In this document: positions 60,920-64,000 of the stretch, piece after piece
How the letters are laid out: every line of letters starts with the position of its first letter
Position numbering within the stretch: position 1 is the stretch's first letter
From: Octopus bimaculoides
Taxonomy: Eukaryota
NCBI RefSeq assembly: GCF_001194135.2
Contig: NC_068981.1
Span: 76,680,756 to 76,744,755 of the forward strand
Reading direction: 5' to 3'
DNA length: 64,000 nt
The notes under the pieces: generated by a model
What the model was told of the DNA's origin: nothing
The model's input: only the letters and a program-made list of their open reading frames with translations
The model's database searches: none
Made by a program: the position numbers and the translations under genes

Positions 60920-61335
60920 TACTATTTACTCTTTTACTCTTTTACTTGTTTAAGTCATTTGACTGTGGCCATGCTGGAGTACTGCCTTTAGTCGAGAAAA
61001 TCGATCCCAGGACTTATTCTTTGTAAGCCTAGTACTTATTCTATCGATCTCTTTTGCCGAACCGCTACGTTACGGGGACGTAAACACACCAGCATCGGTT
61101 GACAAGCGATGTTGGGGGGGGGGACAAACACAGAAACACAAACATACATATATATATATATATACATATATACGACGGGGTTCTTTCAGTTTCCGTCTAC
61201 CAAATCTACTCACAAGGCTTTGGTCGGCCCGAGGCTATAGTAGAAGACACTTGCCCAAGATGCCACGCAGTGGGACTGAACCCGGAACCATGTGGTTCGT
61301 AAGCAAGCTACTTACCACACAGCCATTCCTATGCC
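60920..61335 (-). mobile_element. SINE family A/B, full-length young copy
   Basis: Nearly identical to 32215-32626. Confidence 0.92.
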
Positions 61336-61461
61336 TATGTATGTATGTATGTATGTATGTATGTATGTATGTATGTGCATGTATGTGTGTATATATGTGC
61401 ACACACATACATACACACTCACACGCATATTCATTGATCGATTGATCTAGCAACAAGTTAA

Positions 61462-61660
61462 GACGGTGAGCTGGTAGAATCGTTAGCATGCCGGGCAAAA
61501 TGCTTGAGCGGTATTTCGCCTGTCTTTACGATCTGAGTTCAAATGCCACCGGATCGACTTTGCCTTTCATCCTTTCGGGGTCGATAAATTAAGTACCAGT
61601 TAAACACTGGGGTCGATGTAATCGACCAAAATTTCAGGCCTTGTTCCTATAGTAGAACGG
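61462..61660 (+). mobile_element. SINE family C
   Basis: 'gacggtgagctggtagaatcgttagcatgccgggcaaaatgc...gatcgactttgcctttcatcctttcggggtcgataaattaagtaccag...aggccttgttcctatagtagaa'. Confidence 0.88.
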
Positions 61661-62757
61661 ATTTAGCCACAAGTTGACTTACTAGACTTTCGTAGTCGCG
61701 AAAGACCGTCACATGTTCAGATATTTGGAAGTAAAGTGGAGAAACATAAAAATACTTCTGCATAGCTGAAAGAATTTAACCCCGCATTAGCCAGTTGTGG
61801 CCACATTAGTTTAGTGAATACTCAGTGACAGTAGAAAACGATTGAAAATACACATCTTGTTAACGCAGAAGTGATATTGATGTCACTTAGTCATCGAATC
61901 ATGATATTTGTCACACCAATGGACATGAGCGCATAAATAATGACATGTTGAGAAATTGCTACTGTATGAGAGATTGAGTTTAACATCCGTTAATGAGTTA
62001 TGATCACGTGGTCTATTGATTATCCGTCGAAAGTAGATTGTAGGTGAAAACACTTGTTGAAACAAGCGTGATCTTAACATCACTTAAACGTCGTTAAGTC
62101 ATGTTTGGCGAGTACTCGTACGTGCTTGGTGTGCCCAGATTTTACCCTAGACGTCCTTCCCCTTACTAGAGATCTAGGGTATCATCCAAGTAGTCAGCAT
62201 TTGTTCGTCGTGACAGTAATAATTGTCCAAATGCCATACTTCCTGAAATTATCTATGTTTTGACCTTTAATATGACTTTTATAAATCGACAGACTACGCT
62301 GATAATCCTGCAGATATTTACTTATGTAAATATTAACAGGTGAAACCATGGTACGTAGGTTAATCGTTTTTCTATTTAGTATTTTTTCATTTGTCTTGCC
62401 CTTTTACAGTCTGTTGTCTCGCTGAAAATTTTACTGAGAACATATACTTCGTGGGTAGATGATTCGGCATCTACTTCTAGCATATAGGAGTCCACTTTTG
62501 CTAGTCATTCCTCTTATTTTTGTATGTAATATAATTTTAATTTTCGGATTTTTTTAAATATGCTAGACCACTGGTTTTAATTGATTAATATCAATTTCTA
62601 CCCTTATTATTAAATTATATATATNNNNNNNNNNNNNNNNNNNNNNNNNNNNNNNNNNNNNNNNNNNNNNNNNNNNNNNNNNNNNNNNNNNNNNNNNNNN
62701 NNNNNNNNNNNNNNNNNNNNNNNNNNNNNNNNNNNNNNNNNNATATATATATAATAT

Positions 62758-62875
62758 TGGCTGCGTATGATCCGTGTATCTTGTTTTGTCCTGTTTACCG
62801 TTGTTGTGCTATCGTCCTTTACCTGCTTGTTATGTTTTGGCGATTTCTGTTTGTTGTGTTTTTTACCTTTGATTT
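62758..62875 (+). repeat. Terminal fragment of a T-rich interspersed repeat (copy 1)
   Basis: Matches 63861-63977. Confidence 0.75.
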
Positions 62876-63042
62876 ATCCATCTGCGGTACGTACAATTTG
62901 GTGTTTGTAAAAAAAGATATCCCTTGAATGTCAAGCAAGACTCTCACCCACTATTCCTTGCTTTTCTCCCTTTTCCTTCCTCCTCTTTCCCTTTCTGTCT
63001 CTCTCACCCTCTCGTTCTCACGTTTTCCCTTAATCCAGCCTT

Positions 63043-63150
<108 letters not shown>

Positions 63151-63409
63151 TCTCTGTCTCCCCATCGTTTCTCTGTCCCTCTGATTTCGTTTTCCCTCTC
63201 ACGTACTCCTTAATCCCTCTTCCCCCTCCCTCTTATCTCTCAGTCTCTTTTGCGTTCCTTCCTCACTTCCCTTGTACCTTGTTTCTCTCCCTCTCCCCCC
63301 TCTCACATTCTGTGGTCCCTCCCTCTCTTTATTTGGTCTCGCCGATTTCTTTCCCCTCTCTCCTATTCCTTAGTCCCTCTGCTCTCTTCAATTCCTCCCC
63401 TCATCTACC

Positions 63410-63977
63410 ACATGGTCACTGTCCGGTTTATGGCTTGTCGTTGTTTCTCGGCTGACTGCCTTTGAGGCCAGTCACATCTGTTCTATTCTGTCTCGCCACC
63501 CGGTCAGTTAAGACTTTTCTATTTCCTGTTTCCTTGCGCTAGCCTACTACACTGTATGATAGTCGAAAGAACCTGTTTGCTTTGTTTTATTTTTGTTGTA
63601 AATGTATAATTATTTTCCTTTTGTTGTATAGCAGCGATGCATTTCTCCAATGTATATGTATAATTCTATTTCTTATGTTACGTACGTCTGATAGTCGAAA
63701 GACGCTTCCTGTTTGTTATTTCCTTGTGTTTGTATATGTACATTCGTTTGCTTTGCTCAGGGGCTTAATGCCTTCTGCTTGACCCAGCTGGTTTCGAGTA
63801 GTACCGGAAAGGATTGGTCGAAATTACATGGTTATTCCAGACTTCGACTGAAAAGGGAATTGGCTGCGAATTATCCCTGTATCTTCTTTTGTCCTATTTG
63901 CCTTTGTTATGCTATCGTCCTTTTTTCTGTTTGTTATGTTTTGACAATTTCCGTTTGTTGTGTTTGTGTCTTTGATT
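63410..63977 (+). mobile_element. T-rich interspersed repeat, pLTR-like (unclassified)
   Basis: Internal duplicated 'tgatagtcgaaag' motif; the 3' end is shared with 62758-62875; followed by (TA)n. Confidence 0.4.
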
Positions 63978-64000
63978 TATATATATATATATATATATAT

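Noticed and set aside
63800-63885. 'ggtcgaaattac' and 'ctgaaaa-gggaatt...aattatccc' as hammerhead parts
   Set aside because: The core is not CUGANGA and I could not build consistent stems I and III.

Overview
AT-rich, microsatellite-dense animal genomic DNA from a gapped short-read scaffold. Major N-gaps lie at about 364-1134, 7782-8738, 10121-10686, 15702-16353, 18362-18870, 22158-23016, 29176-29679, 42120-43022, 43945-44461, 52442-52704 and 55946-56525, almost all flanked by (TA)n. The repeat families look like those of Octopus or another coleoid cephalopod (inference from recalled families, no search run). I recognise no intact host protein-coding exon; every long ORF in the supplied track is an artefact of N-runs or microsatellites. 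The window is intronic or intergenic DNA built from decayed mobile elements: several tRNA-derived SINE families, two DD34D mariners, one DD37D (maT) element, a pogo/Tigger-like MITE, a 1.7 kb Helitron with both termini, three R4/Dong-clade (RT + RLE) remnants, two Penelope-like GIY-YIG remnants and the 5' part of a Tx1/L1-clade element. The most interesting signals are non-coding. Two minimal type-I hammerhead ribozyme motifs (1272-1317 and 34629-34671) and two weaker ones sit in short Penelope-pLTR/retrozyme-like units. There are three long fold-back structures (7263-7610, 23421-24237, 59861-60125). An R4-type endonuclease element is embedded in (ATAC)n, a possible microsatellite target. All alignments and identities were judged by eye.
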